Positions 48,702-63,146 of a stretch of 64,000 bases of DNA are shown here, piece after piece (within the stretch, counting starts at the first letter, position 1; each line of letters opens with the position of its first letter). The notes under the pieces were generated by a model that saw only the letters and a list, made by a program, of their open reading frames with translations, ran no database searches and was not told the DNA's origin. The translations under genes and the position numbers were made by a program. The DNA lies in assembly GCA_976226885.1 (NCBI GenBank), contig OZ320316.1:77066001-77130000 (forward strand), given 5' to 3'. The stretch comes from Iphione sp. A-MEVVRFRX5 (lineage: Eukaryota).

Positions 48702-51700
48702 CTAGAAACAAAAGCCGTCAAAAATATGCATGTAAATAATATAACAAGAGGAACACTGCGAAGGGACATTCAGTCCTAACCAGGTTACAAAATGATCACC
48801 TAGCAACAAAACAGTCCTATGCTTGAACCATATTCATGCCAAGTTCTGGTGAAGGTTTAGTCCGACCGAAATGCATTAACAGTAAACCATTAGCACTTTA
48901 ATAATTCAGTCTTCTTCATAGAATAAGCATGAATGTATATATACAACATGTATGCTGCAAAGAAGCGTTCCCACAATAATATAGGTATATAACCAAGACT
49001 ACGAAGTAAGTGCAGGAATATAACCTGTTCTAGATGTCAACTTCAAAGAAAACCCAACAGAGATTCCCGCAGCATATTTTTCAACAAGGCAGATTTTCTA
49101 CTTTTTAATCGGCTTTTGTTAAGGCTGGAGAATTGGCACGAATAACCCACATTTACTCCACCGTGTTTAATGATTGCTTAGGTGACAAAATACTGTTCGA
49201 ACAATTTTTGCTCCACTGATATTCAAAAATGGTACTTTGGAAATAGTAGCGGCTGAAATTAGAGGGGCAAACATCAGTTTCAAGTGATGAACGTAACCCA
49301 TTTTCATAAGATATCATTTAACTTTCTACCTAATATCACATCTTAAAAGACATCAGTTTACATGTGAGGTAAACGAGTCTCTTTCATACTTAACTGACTG
49401 TATTTGCATTCATATAAAAGGTGATAGAACACTCCGTTTGGGAAGCTTATCATTTTTCATAAAATAAAATTGTGTTAAACTCTTTTCCATTTGTCTCAAA
49501 TGAATTCTATAATGAGCAATCTTTCAGGAGACAACTAGTTTACCTTGAGTGTGATCAGACATTGTGAATGGATTTGGGGGAAAACAGCTGCAGAGCTGTG
49601 CCTAATAAAATGAAGGACCAGTTAACACATTGACATATCGCATACACATACATGTACTCGGACAAACACACACACGCACACACAAATACTCTTTGGATAA
49701 GTAATACTGGATTTGGGCCTAATGTTTGCTTGGATAGTGGACTTTGATTACGTGATCCTCAATGTACACCTCCGTGTCACACTATTATCAAATCTTAATA
49801 GAACCACTGGCAGCCATTCACAATATCGGATCCACCGACGTAAAGGCTATCAGAAAGATAAAAGATAAGGGACAAATCGATTCACTGGGGTATTTCAACT
49901 ATGCAGGACGAATCCGAAGCTGTGGCCCGCGCGTCTTTCGCCTGAAAAGATACGCAGCCCGCTGGATGCCTACTGACAAGTCTGACACATTGCCACCTCA
50001 ATAGGCAATGCTTGATACGAAAAGGCTGCGAGATACTTTACGCTGCCGTCAGTGGGTCTTTGTATCACCCTCAATGCTTCGATCTTTATATTACACACAC
50101 TAACAAGCAGAGCCGCCGTACAACCAACCGTCACAGATTTGTACCGTGTGGCTCGGGCGACTGGTGACTTAAACATGGGATCTTTTTAATGCAGAGGGTT
50201 GGGAAAATAAAGAGATCCCCCACCCCACAATAAGGATCGGGTATCTATACCAGCGGTAAACAGATTGCTTCCCATCCATAGTTGCATCACTGCAGAGAAC
50301 ACTCTGTCTAGCTCCAGCTATTGAGAAATACGATACAAACTGAGATATCTACCGAAAGTATACAACAGCAAACATTTTTAGAAGACAAAAAAGATGAAAC
50401 ATCATTACACGTTCCTTGTGAATGTATACGGATCTCACTTTCCAATGACTGGTGTATGTCGCGGTTTACTTTGCAGACCAGAACATTATGTCACTCAGAA
50501 TTTACCTTCTTTTTTTTTTTTACATGTGATGTTGTACATAGTCCCGTGACACTACGCAAACCTAGCTATACAACAGGTCTGAGCCACTACCAGTTTCTTT
50601 CCAACCTGACGGATGCACAGCCACAAGGCTACTAACCTTCCAATGAATCACAAACACCGCGCTGAGTATTCTGAACCACTGCCAACCCAAACACCACCGG
50701 AATATAGTGGAGAATACGCTCATATCTCAGTCAGAATTTTATTTCCTACAAGTATTCTGTACTATCCTTCCAGAACATATGACGGGGCACCTCAAAATTT
50801 CATATCCCTGGTTCAACATCTTGCATTTCAATAAGATGGCTGTCGCTGATTTCAGACGACTGGCAAACTGGAACAAGGTACATGTATTATGTTCATGTAC
50901 GATGCCTTGCTATCCGCCCAAGCTAAAAAAACTCAACATGTATTAACATCTCCAGTATAAAGCTGACCACAGTCTGTGAATACGTGCCGCGCGGTCTGAA
51001 TGAGACAGGTCTGAGTTCCCCATCCAGACGAGTGAGTCATACGCAGGGACCCTGTGCCGCCGATATCTGGTACGTCAAGTCTGGGATCCTTAGAGATCCA
51101 GATGGTGGCTCCTCACACCCCCTTTCAATTCCAAATAACAGACGGCAGGTCTGGTAGCTCCAATATGACGGCAGAGTAAAGAGTAAGAACGTGCAGCCAC
51201 GTCAGGGATACTCGGCAAAGTGGGGCACAAAAAAGGTTCACCTAATAACATGTATACGTATCTCTTCCAGTTTTCCTTTCTACACTTTATTATACAGCCT
51301 CAACCTAAATTATACATACACACATATATGTATGTGTGTGTACAAGACACAATCAATATATGCGCATTTTCTCGTGTGACATAAGTGAAGTATCCATTTT
51401 AATCATGGCCAACGTCGACTTGGTCGATTCTGTATTTAATTGTTTTTTTACTCCAACGTGTCTTCACCATGCACAGCCTTCGATATGAGTAATAAGTCGG
51501 CTAGACTGAGAATGTTCGCTCAAGTCTAGAGGTCGACTAGAACACGGAGGTCATGAGTCCGCCTTTGCCCGCAATAATGGCTGGTCACAGGTCAAGGAAG
51601 ATGGGATCACGTCTGCGTTGTGTCATATACATATTGCCATAGCTGTGTGTTTTGTCTCTGTCAAATTCTCTCTGGGGTCTTTCATGCGGTTTTGTTCAGA

Positions 51701-54700
51701 TTCTAGGAAATAATAATGTTTCGAGATATACTGCTATGTATGACGAAGCATTATGCAAGCCCTGCGATTTTATGGCCATAAAAACGTGTTTAAGGTTCCC
51801 ATGGTAACTGCTATACAATGACATATACCCAAAGAATAATTACGAGTAACATTCCGCTAATCGGTACTTTTCAAGCGACATACATTTCCCCTGGAATATT
51901 ATCAGAGACATATCTGAATGTAAGGATTACTTCATGATGGTGAAATGTGGGAGCATTATGTGGTGCTTCATACATGTACACCGCTAATGAATACATAGAA
52001 TGATGCTGGTCGGGTGTGCTAGCTTTCCAAGACCTCGTCTGGCCCCGTGCCACCATAGATCCATCAATAGCGAGCGATTCATTGGACGATTCAACTAGTC
52101 AGACAGAAACATCATGAACCGAGGCGAGGGGCTGCAGATCGGTTAAATATCAGGGGTGCGTGTACCGAGTCGGTATTTCTGAATAGCTACGAGGAAATGT
52201 CTTCACTATTGTGCTATAATGATGACTCACTACTTGTGATGCGCATCTCATACAACACATGGTCTGAACTGCTTCTATTACTTAGGAAGAACATAGTAGA
52301 TCGTCATTCACAAGTCTGCGTTCCCCTAGGAACTGTTAGTAGTGAATTGGTGTGGATGATCACCATGCTTGTCATTGCAATTTCTACCACAGCAGTATAT
52401 GGACATGCGGCGTATGAATATTCCAACCATGTTGTCTCGGTTGGCACGCACAGGTGTCTACGGTGTGGGCCTGTTCCACACAATCATATCTGTATCACCG
52501 ATCACTCAATATTCGTTCCATAAATTCCGAATATCAGAGAGGATTCACAGGTCAACAGCGGTATCATGTGGAGGGGTGCAAACCAGACAATTGGTACACT
52601 CCCTATCTACATAGACGACTTCCAAGGGGTCAAAAAAAGGCCAAGTGATTAATAATGCAGCGGTATCGAACACATCTGAGAGCATCGAAGTGAAGTGTAT
52701 GACATGCAGGTATCTCTGTGTTTTTTAATTAACCGAGTAGGCTAGCACTTCAATATATGCCAGAGTGTATATACTGCACATGAAGCAATGAGCTGGAAGG
52801 AACAATGAGCCTATTTGTCGTGTTTTTTCCCTCTCGCCTTGAGTTGATATTAGAAAGAAAATGTGGCATTCGATCCCTACAGTTATTACAGCTCGATAAA
52901 TCGGATATTTGCTAAGCCCAGTGCTGGCATCATCAACTATGTAGAGTACAATACGTACTTACGCAACATGTCCTTGTGCTTACGCCTACTCACAGGCAGC
53001 GTAAAAGAAAGAGGCATGAAGGAACTGTCACAGAAGACGTGCTTAATGTACCGGCACAGGCTACAATCCGTTTTCCGATCTTACTTCGCTGGGAACCTAA
53101 TTTAGGCCAGAGCCAAGTTGGCCCTGCAGAAAGGGCCGGTATTACTACAAAGTGCTTTGCTCAGCGACAACCTGGTAATTATGGTCTAGCTAAGTGCCTT
53201 TCCTATCGGATTTTACAAGGTTTCAGCCCACTGAAGGAGAGTTCGATATAGCAGAGAAGCCTGATTTCTCTTTATCTAAGAATTGCCAGTTTGGTCCTTT
53301 GCGATCTCTGCTTGGCTTCTAATATGGCTTCCTAAATACATTCCAATAAAAAACAGAATGGGTCGACAAGGTATTCTCTAATGTGCTGAACGCGAATATT
53401 GTGTTATTAGCGTTACAGAACACAACTGTTTCAGATGAGAACGTCAATGCTTCTAAGTAACACAAAAGAAAAATCGTTTGGTGGGGGCGGGGAGCACACA
53501 ATAGGAAGAATAACGACTTGATTGCAGGTGAAGCGATCATTACGCATTAACTCATTCAGGTCTAGTGTTCAAGTGCCGGATTTGCAATGCGATACATCCT
53601 CTGAGTATGACACTGTGACACAAAATCCTTCATCACAGCTTACTATATTCAGCTTATATGCGGCGCCTCTATTTAGTCACATTACCTAGAGCGACATTGC
53701 GGGTACCTTTAAGAGCTATCCAAATTAAATGCTTCTTCTCTCGGCGGGCTAATATTAACGTTACTCACTCAACCGTGTCTTATGTCACGCACCTCGTATA
53801 GCCGTCCACCTTAATCTAAGACCTTGATGTCCCACGCTAAACCGCCCCTAATGGTAATGACCTGTGGGCCTCACCAAACCCCCGACCCCCGAATGCTGTG
53901 CACTCAAGGTGACCCTGGCAGGGCAGGCAACTTCTTTTACCGCAGTGCGCACTCGCTGATTTGTGAGAGCCCAACACCTTTCACAATACATTATCAAAAC
54001 AAGCGCATACAGAGGAACCCAATACAGACAAATTTATCGCTTCTCACGACCCCAGTAGGTCATGCAGTGGACCGCCTGTCCATACGTTTTGCCAGGATCC
54101 CCACTTCACCGAAAAAAATCTGCTGCAAAACATAATTGCTACATCGACTATTATTTAAAGTCTGGTGTGCTTATTTTTTCTTTTCTAGACTATAGGACAG
54201 TGAATCCGCTTAAAACTGTGCGGATATAAAACCAGTTTTCCTACTCCACCCGCAGGCAGTCGTCAATAATTCGATGTTCGCTGGTGGAAGTCTCTTTACA
54301 GCAAGTAGCCTGCAATACTTCAGTGACATTCCACGCTAGAAAAGGGACGCTATAATGTGGCCGATTGCCGAGTCCTGTCGACGGAGGCCACACATTGCAG
54401 TGCTGCGTGTCATTGCTACCGCGCAGTATATGGTCAGTGATCGATAACATAATAAACCCCTTTGACCAGGACTAGGTTTCTTGCGCTTTCAAATCTTACC
54501 CCACTCTCTCTAGACGCTTGTATCTAGGTTAAGGATCTATAAATCCTACTCCACAATTTCCACTGACTCTCCGCATGTACATGTATTGCCAAACGCTGAC
54601 TGACTGTCATCTTAACGTAGATCGTTAAATGAGCAGACATCACGTACAGCAGGTTAACGGCAGTCACTTTCCCATCAATCAGTAATGTAGGAGAATCTTT

Positions 54701-56600
54701 CTTTCGTATGTTGTATACGTATTCTTTTTATCCCCCCCCCGCCTCCGCTGAAAAACGATGGTTTCAATTATATATGTATTAAAAGTCCAGGATAACATTA
54801 CTACCTTGCAGAAAATCACTTCCTGTATACATCTATGTACACATGTGCAAATATATTTTTATAAGACAGATATAATCTTTCAAATGAACTCTTTCTGTAT
54901 GTCGCTCGGCGACACAGAATCCTTCGTTGGGACAAGGATCAATGGGAAACTAAACCCACAGTAACACAGTGACCATTTTCCAGTCCCTTTCAACTTTTCT
55001 CCTTAAATGACCGCTAGGACAAGAAGACAGCCGCTGGCTCCTGTACACGCTCTGTCATGTTGATAATACTCCTCCCTCCAGCAGGCTCCATGTTCCTTTT
55101 TAGTGTGGCTACTGGCGGCCGCGACAAGACGCTTCTCGATTATCTGATGACAGAGCGGCCAGTGGTACTAAGGCACACATGTAAGATGTACAGCCCACTT
55201 TATAAGATGCTCATAGGAAGCTACTCCCCGTCACGATGCTTCGTTTTTGACAGTTCGCCCCTAGAATAAGGATGTTATAGAATAAGGTTGCTGTAATACA
55301 ACCTTTTCATGTACGTTAAAAGGCAGCAGTTTAAGTGTACTTCCCAAAGGTACGGCAGATCGATATGTATATTCGGTCTCCACCCCAAGCCAAATTATTT
55401 AGAGCTATATGCATCTTGGAAAGGTACAGACTTGGGGTTCGAGCCCGATGCATTAAATGCGTTTACCCCCAGCATTATACAAGCGCAGCTAGTTCCAGGG
55501 ATGTATACAAACTGTGACACAAGAGATCCAGTGGGAAAAGGAAGTGGCTGTAAGCTGGAGACGGTATTGGTTACCGAGACAAGCCACTGGCTGGCTTGCA
55601 AGCACACCGCACTCCCGACATCTGCTGACCTTGGCGGTTCGAGAGCAGCTCAAACAAACATCCTCCCGAGGTGCTCAGATCTCACAAACACCAGACCACT
55701 GTTTAAGATTCTAGGCAGTGCAAAACTACATCGAGCCGTATCTGCATGTACAAAGCCATAGCCCAGGAATCCAGCACCATGAAATTACCTTACCAATCTT
55801 TGTACATGTACATATACTTAAACAACCCACTAGGCTGTAATGTGTCTAAAACAATTTGACAATTTCCATTCGTTTATTTACACAGCACCACCTCAAAATA
55901 AGTTCAATAACACGAGCAGAAACAGAAACTGAACATGGAGGATCATTCAGTGGCTCATGAATTGCCCTTGTTTTCTCACTGCACTTTAACTGTCCCGTGT
56001 GCAGTGCCGACCTGTACTCGTCTACTACCTCGCCTATCTAAGTCGTACAAAGCTACGGCACATGTGGGTGTAAATTGATTTGATGCATAGAAAGGGTGTC
56101 TATCCATACAGCAGGCCGCAAGAGGTCATGCGAACAGCTACACCAGACGTGTCGGACACGCCGGCCATGTGGAGGTTTGTGCAGTTAACCTGTTCCCCGG
56201 ACTGACTACACACCACAACCTCCCACCTTTACACGTACCACCCTTTGAACAACAATACTATGTAAAAAAAGATGTAACTGCTGACACAAGACATGGTGAT
56301 AGGGATAAATTTGAGATGAAAACATTGAAGAAGGAAATATTAATAAAAAGTACTAGAAATATGATCCAAAGAGAATGGAATACCCACAAAAGTAAACCGG
56401 ATGCTGGACTAACAATAGATGATTTCAAGCAATATTACAATGGTTCCTAGAAAATGATTAATCAACTATATGGTATAAAAAAGAATGAGTAACAAGTACT
56501 AACAAATGGTTCAAGTGTGTACAAATAATCTATGACTAAGAAATCTTTAGACGAAAGTAAGACGAAAACCGATGTATATATCGATCTTCACTATGAATAA

Positions 56601-56638
56601 ACATACATACATACATACATACATATACATACATACAT
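56601..56638. repeat. (ACAT)n microsatellite
   Basis: acatacatacatacatacatacatatacatacatacat. Confidence 0.9.
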
Positions 56639-59600
56639 GTTCGCCCACAATCAAAACCTTTCTTCACGGCAACCTTAATGTGCAAATAGACATTATCTTG
56701 GTCGTTACTTGAACGAGGTACAAAACCATCTTTTCTCACGAAGCTTTGCAAATCTTGCTGGTCTATGGCATTAGATGATCGACAATAACTTAAGATACAT
56801 GTTTTTTGTTTGTAAACTGTTTACCTATTTTGTATTTTTTATCTATCGGTTTAATAGAATACTTTGTTTCTTCAACACAGGAAGTTCAAGCAGAGGACGC
56901 AATGCGAACGACGTCCTCCTGCGCCTCCTGGTGGGACACTACCAGATCTTCCCCGCTGGTCACAAATATCCTCGAACAAAGTTTGACCACCGGCCAACCA
57001 GTGCTGTTCAGGTATATGCTACGGGCCATCACTATTCTGCAAATTAACGCCGAGCCCTCTGCCCTGGTCTAAATGGCTGGCAAGGTTTACTACCTGCAGT
57101 ACTCGCTCTCTAACTGTTAACGCAAAAACCTATTGCAAACACGGAACGGTAAACATACTGGCCATCTAGAATAAATATATGTATATATTTAGCAACGATC
57201 CTCCCTACAAAGCCAACCCTCAATCACTGGACTCCTGTGTTTTAAAATTCTATCTGACCTTTGAAATTTATGTCTCAAACTCGTCACATCAGACAAATTC
57301 ATGGGAATGTAACGAAATAATAAGACCAATAAACATCAACAACCATACAAAAGTACTGTTGGCTGTAACTACCCTCGAATTAATATGTGCACTATCATTT
57401 AGCCAAGAATAGACATCCCATCATGTGAGTGACTGCTGTTCCATAGGGGGGAGAGACGTATAATACATGTATGCACTCACTGTAGAATGCTGTTATTGTT
57501 GATCGACGTCATTACGCTCTAGACACAAGTACCTGTGTGGGTATGTGTGAGTAGACGCTGAAGGCAGTTCTGGCAACAATTCAGCCCTGCGTCGAGAGTC
57601 GAGAGCCATGTCCAGCGGTAATGCCACTACAAAACGACTCATCTCCAACGTTTAATCATTCTTCACGCACCGTTAACAGCAGGCCCGGACATTCATTTCG
57701 ACTGACGGTAATTCGATTTTAAAAGTCAACCGACTTCCAAGCAACCTTTGGCAATTAAGAACTGCTTCATATCAGTCCGGCTGCACGGTGTTAAAATTTA
57801 AACCTGTAATGTCATTTCTGTGCAAAGTGTCCTTAACTAATTAGTAAAACAATAGCAATTAACCTAACTAGTATTCGAGTGACGGCTATAACAGTATGGT
57901 TTCTTTTTAGATCCCATATGTTAGACTCCATAAAGCGAATATTATAAGCATAATATAAGACTGAATGAGTTTTGTTTCATTTTCAGCCAAACCAACTATG
58001 CTTGGTATACCCTTTACGCTCCCTGTGGTAGACCGTAGCCGTAGTTTATTAAGTGCTAAAGATATACACGTACAGTGTGTATTATGCTTATTCGTCTGCC
58101 ACATACTTGGAAGTGGTATCTTTCGTCCCATGGCTGACTGGATCCTAATCACGCGGCCAGCGTAGAGGCATGGCGCGGATCCAGACATCGCAGGCAAATG
58201 CTTTTGCTGGACTGGCCACGCTGAAAGACCGCTCTATGACAAGGGCCAGGCGACTCGCTATAGAACCAGCAACTGGGTCACCTCTGGGCAATGACATGAG
58301 CGAGCCGCCCTTACACCCTCTGACAAGGGTCCTCTCTCATGCGACAAATTTAAAAGAAAGCACACGTACAAGTATGTGAGAGAGATCGGCGAGCACTGCA
58401 TTCCAGCGAAAGAATCGCTATTAAAATATGCCTAAAAGAAATGTACTATCATAGCCGTGTATATAACTATTAATTAAGTTAAAATGTCAGGCATGTGACT
58501 TCACGTACGGTCTATATTTTAACCTCGGGCATCTAATCCTAGTAATTAGATATCGTACGTTGTACATATATATTTTCCTGAGTTAGCAAGATCATCAGGA
58601 GTGTTCCACGAGGAAAAAAAACGGATCCTAACACCTTACATACAAGGATAAACTAATCAGTCCTCTTCCTGGGCATCTACTGAAGTTCTATAATTATAAC
58701 CTTCATTTCACTGTGCACAAGTTAAGCTTTCAAAAACAGGGGAAACACATGAACATTATATCAGAAAACGTTTCGGCAGTTACTATCCTGAAGCAGAGGT
58801 GAGAAGTACTTCGGTGGTATTTGCCGTGACAATAAATTAGCATGCCAAGAAAGGCATGTTGTAATTGGAAGTATTTCTCAAGATCTTTATTTCTGGTCTA
58901 GGCCTAAAGCCTAACACACAGAGTAAGATGGTGAAGTTGTCGTGCCATCCCGCCATCAGGCAAACATAAGATAAGTGAAATACCTGCATTTTGGCGCCTT
59001 TCCAACCGGCGCTGCGCGTTCTGGACAGGTGAACGCGACCTTCACCCCAACCACTCTACCGATGATTCCGGTCCTGATTGATGGGCGGGGGGGGGGGGGG
59101 GTCAGGGGGATAAGGGGACCTCTTCGCCTCCCACCTGTCACACTGGTTCCCCTATTTAATCACTAGGAAATTAGGGCAAGCATTAGACCCCCAATCATGC
59201 CCTGTGTTCCACGCACACCTCCACGCACAGCCTCCTTCCTAGCATAAATCAACATCAGGAAGCAAATGTCACGTACTTTATTAGATGAATAGGAAGTTAT
59301 CTTTCATATTTACTTCCTTTCCGGCCACGGTGTCAGACCTTAAAAGAAGAAAGTCTCAAGTGCGTGGTTTCCTTGGCAAAAGGTTAACGAAAGTTTTTGT
59401 CGCCTGGCGCAGTATTTGGAGTACTTCGCTAATATTTGAGGCAAGATTACATTTTCGTAAAGCACACACGGGAATCTCGCAGATATACATGGATCAAAAC
59501 GGATCCCGACGTCTGTTGACAGATTACACAGGCCGACCCTTCAGAGGTACTAGCGTTCATGGGTTTCTTGCGACACGTGCAGGGAAGGATAGTCGAAGAC

Positions 59601-61920
59601 AGCCAAGGAGAAAATATTGACTGAGATGTTGGCATTGTGAAGGTTAGGTGCTCTTGCGTTTGTCTATAAAGCTGCCTCTATAGATGTAGGAGGTATGGCT
59701 TCACCATATATGGAATGTTAATGACTTGCTAATTAGAGGAAGATCTACTTCGGTGGGCACCAGAAATAAAGACAAGCTTAAAGATAATTAATTCCCATAA
59801 TTATCCCGAAAGGAAGAAATAGATTAGCTGCGTTCAGCGTATACAAGTCTTACGCTCCATACTTACTAGCAAGAGGAAGCTATACTCATACTGTAACTGT
59901 AACGGTGGTTCTTGTCTCTACATCTACGATTTTTCTCTTGGTGCAGATATCTGTGAAATGATACCATATTTGCCTGCGGAAAAACCTTGATTCTTTAACT
60001 AAAATAGTAATTACATCAACAGTACCCATAATATTCCCATGCTGTCTGAATAAACCCGCTTGGAGGGTTTTCTGAAAACGGTGGCTGAACACAGTTATTT
60101 ATGATTCTTACTTGGTATCAATGATTCGACATTGGTTTGTACTAAGATAAAATTGTAAGTATATAAAGATGGATACAAATATAAGATATGTGCGGTACAT
60201 AAAAGCAGATGTGTCTTGTCCCTTATCAAAGAGGTCAGGCTATAGTGGGATGCTGGATGTGTTGGGGGGGGGGCGACAATCAGTCGTTTTATGAAAAGCA
60301 ACATTCTTTAGCGACACCCAACACTACTGGTGGGTGCTTAGCAATACAAATACGTGTGGTTTGCTGGCCCCCTTCCCTTTGTACCCTCTTAGTACATCGT
60401 TAGACACAAAGACGTCCACATCAACGTATACTTGCTATAAACGTGATGACTTACTCACAGTACCCCCACCAAGGACTCGAATAGCCATCCTTCATAAGGT
60501 ACCTGTACTAAATTTGGCTTATTGAACATAAATCGTCGACAGAACCCTCCCAGCACTGTGACAACGCCCCCCCCCCACCTAAGCGAGGGTTTCGTGCAAA
60601 CAGGTAAGTCCTAAGTAGGAGTCCAAGTGTTTTCCTTCGGATCCTTTGTATTGCAATCCCACAAAGTGAGTAATCCCGAGTACTCCTAACACCAGGGGAG
60701 ATAGCTTTGGCTAATGTTCTGACCAGGAGGGATGTAACTTTGGATGATATGGACGCTTGGTGAACGTGGGAGTATAGGGAAAACGTGGTGTATGTATAGG
60801 GGTATGGACCCCCAGTGTGAAAAGGACCATTGCAATAATGGCAGGCGGTCACTTCCCACCAAGGGTGACGACAATGCTGAACTGGGTAGCCTTAACTTTA
60901 GGCGGTTCAATAGATTGGTAAACCTTTTCATGGACTTCTTTGGCACAGAAGCGGAGATTTTAAACAAACACTTGGGATCGGTATGGGTCATGGGGTATCT
61001 TGGACAGGCTGTATTTATACCTGACATTTCTCTATACAAGTATTTCTAAATTTCCCCTTTTAAACTCTCTACGAAGTGTAAATTTTGGTGGAGTGTACCG
61101 GCACACAATTGTGGATAGCTAAAAAAAAACCTGCATTCAAGAGAAGTACTAAGCTCTTCGTGAAAGGTCTCCTTTAGAATGTTGTTGGTCTACGTATGTA
61201 AGGACATTTCAGCGTTGCCAGGTTTATCTCTGACAAAAGAAATAGCCCTCGTGATAAATATTTAAGGATAAATTTGCACGATACAAAAAAGGAAAATTCA
61301 GGGAATGTACGAAACAGTCACTGATAACGTCTGTAGTCGTTGAAAACTGATAACTTCAGGACCACAGGTGAAGGCGACAAGTGATCTCAAACGCAATATG
61401 ACACTACACTGGAAAGTGTCGTGGACAAATGACCAAATCCCATGTTCAACAACAATTGTCTTTAATTAAAGAGTTAAATATATTCACGATCTGTTCCCGC
61501 TTTCGGTCCAGTACGTAGACCTTCTTTAGGCGATGGGAAACGTTGGTATAAGATTTACAGTGGAAAACGTGTGGCACTGCTTAGAGTACAGTCCCTTCCT
61601 GTCAACCACTTCCTTTCAAGACACAACAGGCGAAGGCAATGTCGTTTCTGGATACGTATGGCATCAATAAACAAATAGCAGGATTTGACAATAGTCAATA
61701 GACATGCTAACCAGAGATTCAACAACCGGAAAACCACATTAATCATATGGGAATAGCAGCACCAAGCCATTTTCACTATAAATGTGTACTGTTTAACCGG
61801 ACATCATTATCTATTTCCAGAGTGCATTTTCAAATTTTAGAGATCATAATAGAATTAATGTTGCTTTCACCGTATGGCTTGAACTCAAGGGATAAAGGTG
61901 AGTCGACATGAAAGAGAATC

Positions 61921-62083
61921 NNNNNNNNNNNNNNNNNNNNNNNNNNNNNNNNNNNNNNNNNNNNNNNNNNNNNNNNNNNNNNNNNNNNNNNNNNNNNNNN
62001 NNNNNNNNNNNNNNNNNNNNNNNNNNNNNNNNNNNNNNNNNNNNNNNNNNNNNNNNNNNNNNNNNNNNNNNNNNNNNNNNNNN
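61921..62083. other. Assembly gap (N run)
   Basis: 163 consecutive N, adjacent to a minisatellite and probably a collapsed array. Confidence 1.
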
Positions 62084-62086
62084 GTT

Positions 62087-62239
62087 GAGTTTTGTGTGCT
62101 GATTGGAAGGAATTCCACCCGAATCTGTGTAAATGTCAAGTTTTTTGCACTGATCAGAAGGAATTCTGCCCAAATCTGTGTAAATGTTAAGTTTTTTGTG
62201 GTGATAGGAAGGAATTCTGCTTGAGTTTTCTGTAAATGG
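62087..62239 (+). repeat. 51-bp minisatellite, about 3 visible units, running into an assembly gap
   Basis: Unit about (g/a)agttttt..gtgctgatt.gaaggaatt...cc.aatctgtgtaaatgt, repeated directly after the N run; it explains the pseudo-ORFs 61844-62329 and 61885-62292. Confidence 0.85.
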
Positions 62240-62963
62240 TGAGTTTTTAATGCAAACGATGTGCAAATCACAAAATATTTCACATCTATCATAAATTATG
62301 ATAGTGTCTATCCACCTGAAAACCACCATCTCTCTATCCTACTGGTCATTTGGCTATCTGGAGTCTGGAAAATGTGTAAATTTACGGACATTGCCTGTTT
62401 TCTGACTCCGGACCACGGACCATGAACCATGCACATGGATGCATGGAAACACCCCAGTACATTCCCATAGTACTGTTCTTTTCCGTACCACGCAGTCCAT
62501 GGTCCGGGGAGAGAATCTGTACACAAGGAAACCAGGCCTAACACCAAAGCGATTATCATGGATATGTGGCAAAAAGTGGGCTGCAACCTCCTAACAGCAG
62601 AGACAACACAAGCCATCAGCGTGGAGGGGAGGGATTCTCTTTCATATTGCAGCGACAACATCTATAGATTACATATGCTTTACTATTTTGCATGTTTTCC
62701 CCACTAGGAGATGCATGTGTGCTTGATCTGACAACTGGATTATCCGGTATCTGGATTAATATAGCAGGAACGGAGATCGTCTGGCTGATGAGGCAGGACT
62801 GTACATAACTTTAATGACAACGATACAACCAATCAAATGCAATGCCTCTCAATGTGATATTAACCTACCAACAGTAGGAGAGAATGTGTATGTAAAGGCG
62901 TTGATTCACACGTTTATCATGTTTGTTAGATATGTACCCATAGCCAGAAACGGGAATACTCAC

Positions 62964-63025
62964 CTTTATTAAATGTTTATTGACCCATTTGGTAAAGGTC
63001 TTCTTTTGTACAGAGTCGCGTTCAT
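62964..63025 (-). CDS. MACF1/DST/PLEC-like: CH1 exon equivalent to plectin exon 2: (D)[20 protein letters not shown], phase 1 in, phase 0 out
   Basis: Acceptor ttttttttcag, 62-nt exon, donor gtgagt; peptide nearly identical to plectin [21 protein letters not shown]. Confidence 0.97.
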
Positions 63026-63146
63026 CTGAAAAAAAATACACAAACCTCACAATGACCCATTTAAATTGAGAAAACATGCATATGAAGTGGGAAATTCTGT
63101 TTCGACTTCTTTCTATTATACCACTTCTCTAGTTTATTTCCATAAC

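Larger units (their letters stand above)
1..63025 (-). other. MACF1/DST/PLEC-like: Partial gene body of a giant spectraplakin/plakin (MACF1/dystonin/plectin family); extends beyond both window edges
   Basis: Four spliced minus-strand exons join in frame to [108 protein letters not shown], the CH1 domain of the plakin actin-binding domain. The paralog cannot be assigned from CH1 alone. Confidence 0.95.

Noticed and set aside
48206-48769. 187-aa ORF starting with a TM-like segment (MSLRSVPLVILFTCIFLTAFVSRLLKRQRRR)
   Set aside because: The hydrophobic stretch coincides with the T-rich acceptor tract of the 48438-48701 exon in another frame, and I found no convincing phase-0 donor. Probably a shadow ORF, though a dual-use first exon is not excluded.
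52955-53030. Cluster of three consensus donors (gtgagt, gtaagc, gtaagt) on the minus strand
   Set aside because: No frame-preserving, stop-free exon could be built from the nearby acceptor.
55309-55761. 150-aa plus-strand ORF
   Set aside because: No domain similarity, no splice context, and composition typical of random intronic ORFs.
60744-61049. Plus-strand ORF with IWTLGERGSIGKTW, resembling a viral Rep P-loop
   Set aside because: An in-frame stop lies just upstream and no Walker B or other Rep motif follows; treated as chance.
61844-62329. Long ORFs spanning the N gap
   Set aside because: Artefacts of the 51-bp (17-codon) minisatellite and of Ns that hide stops.
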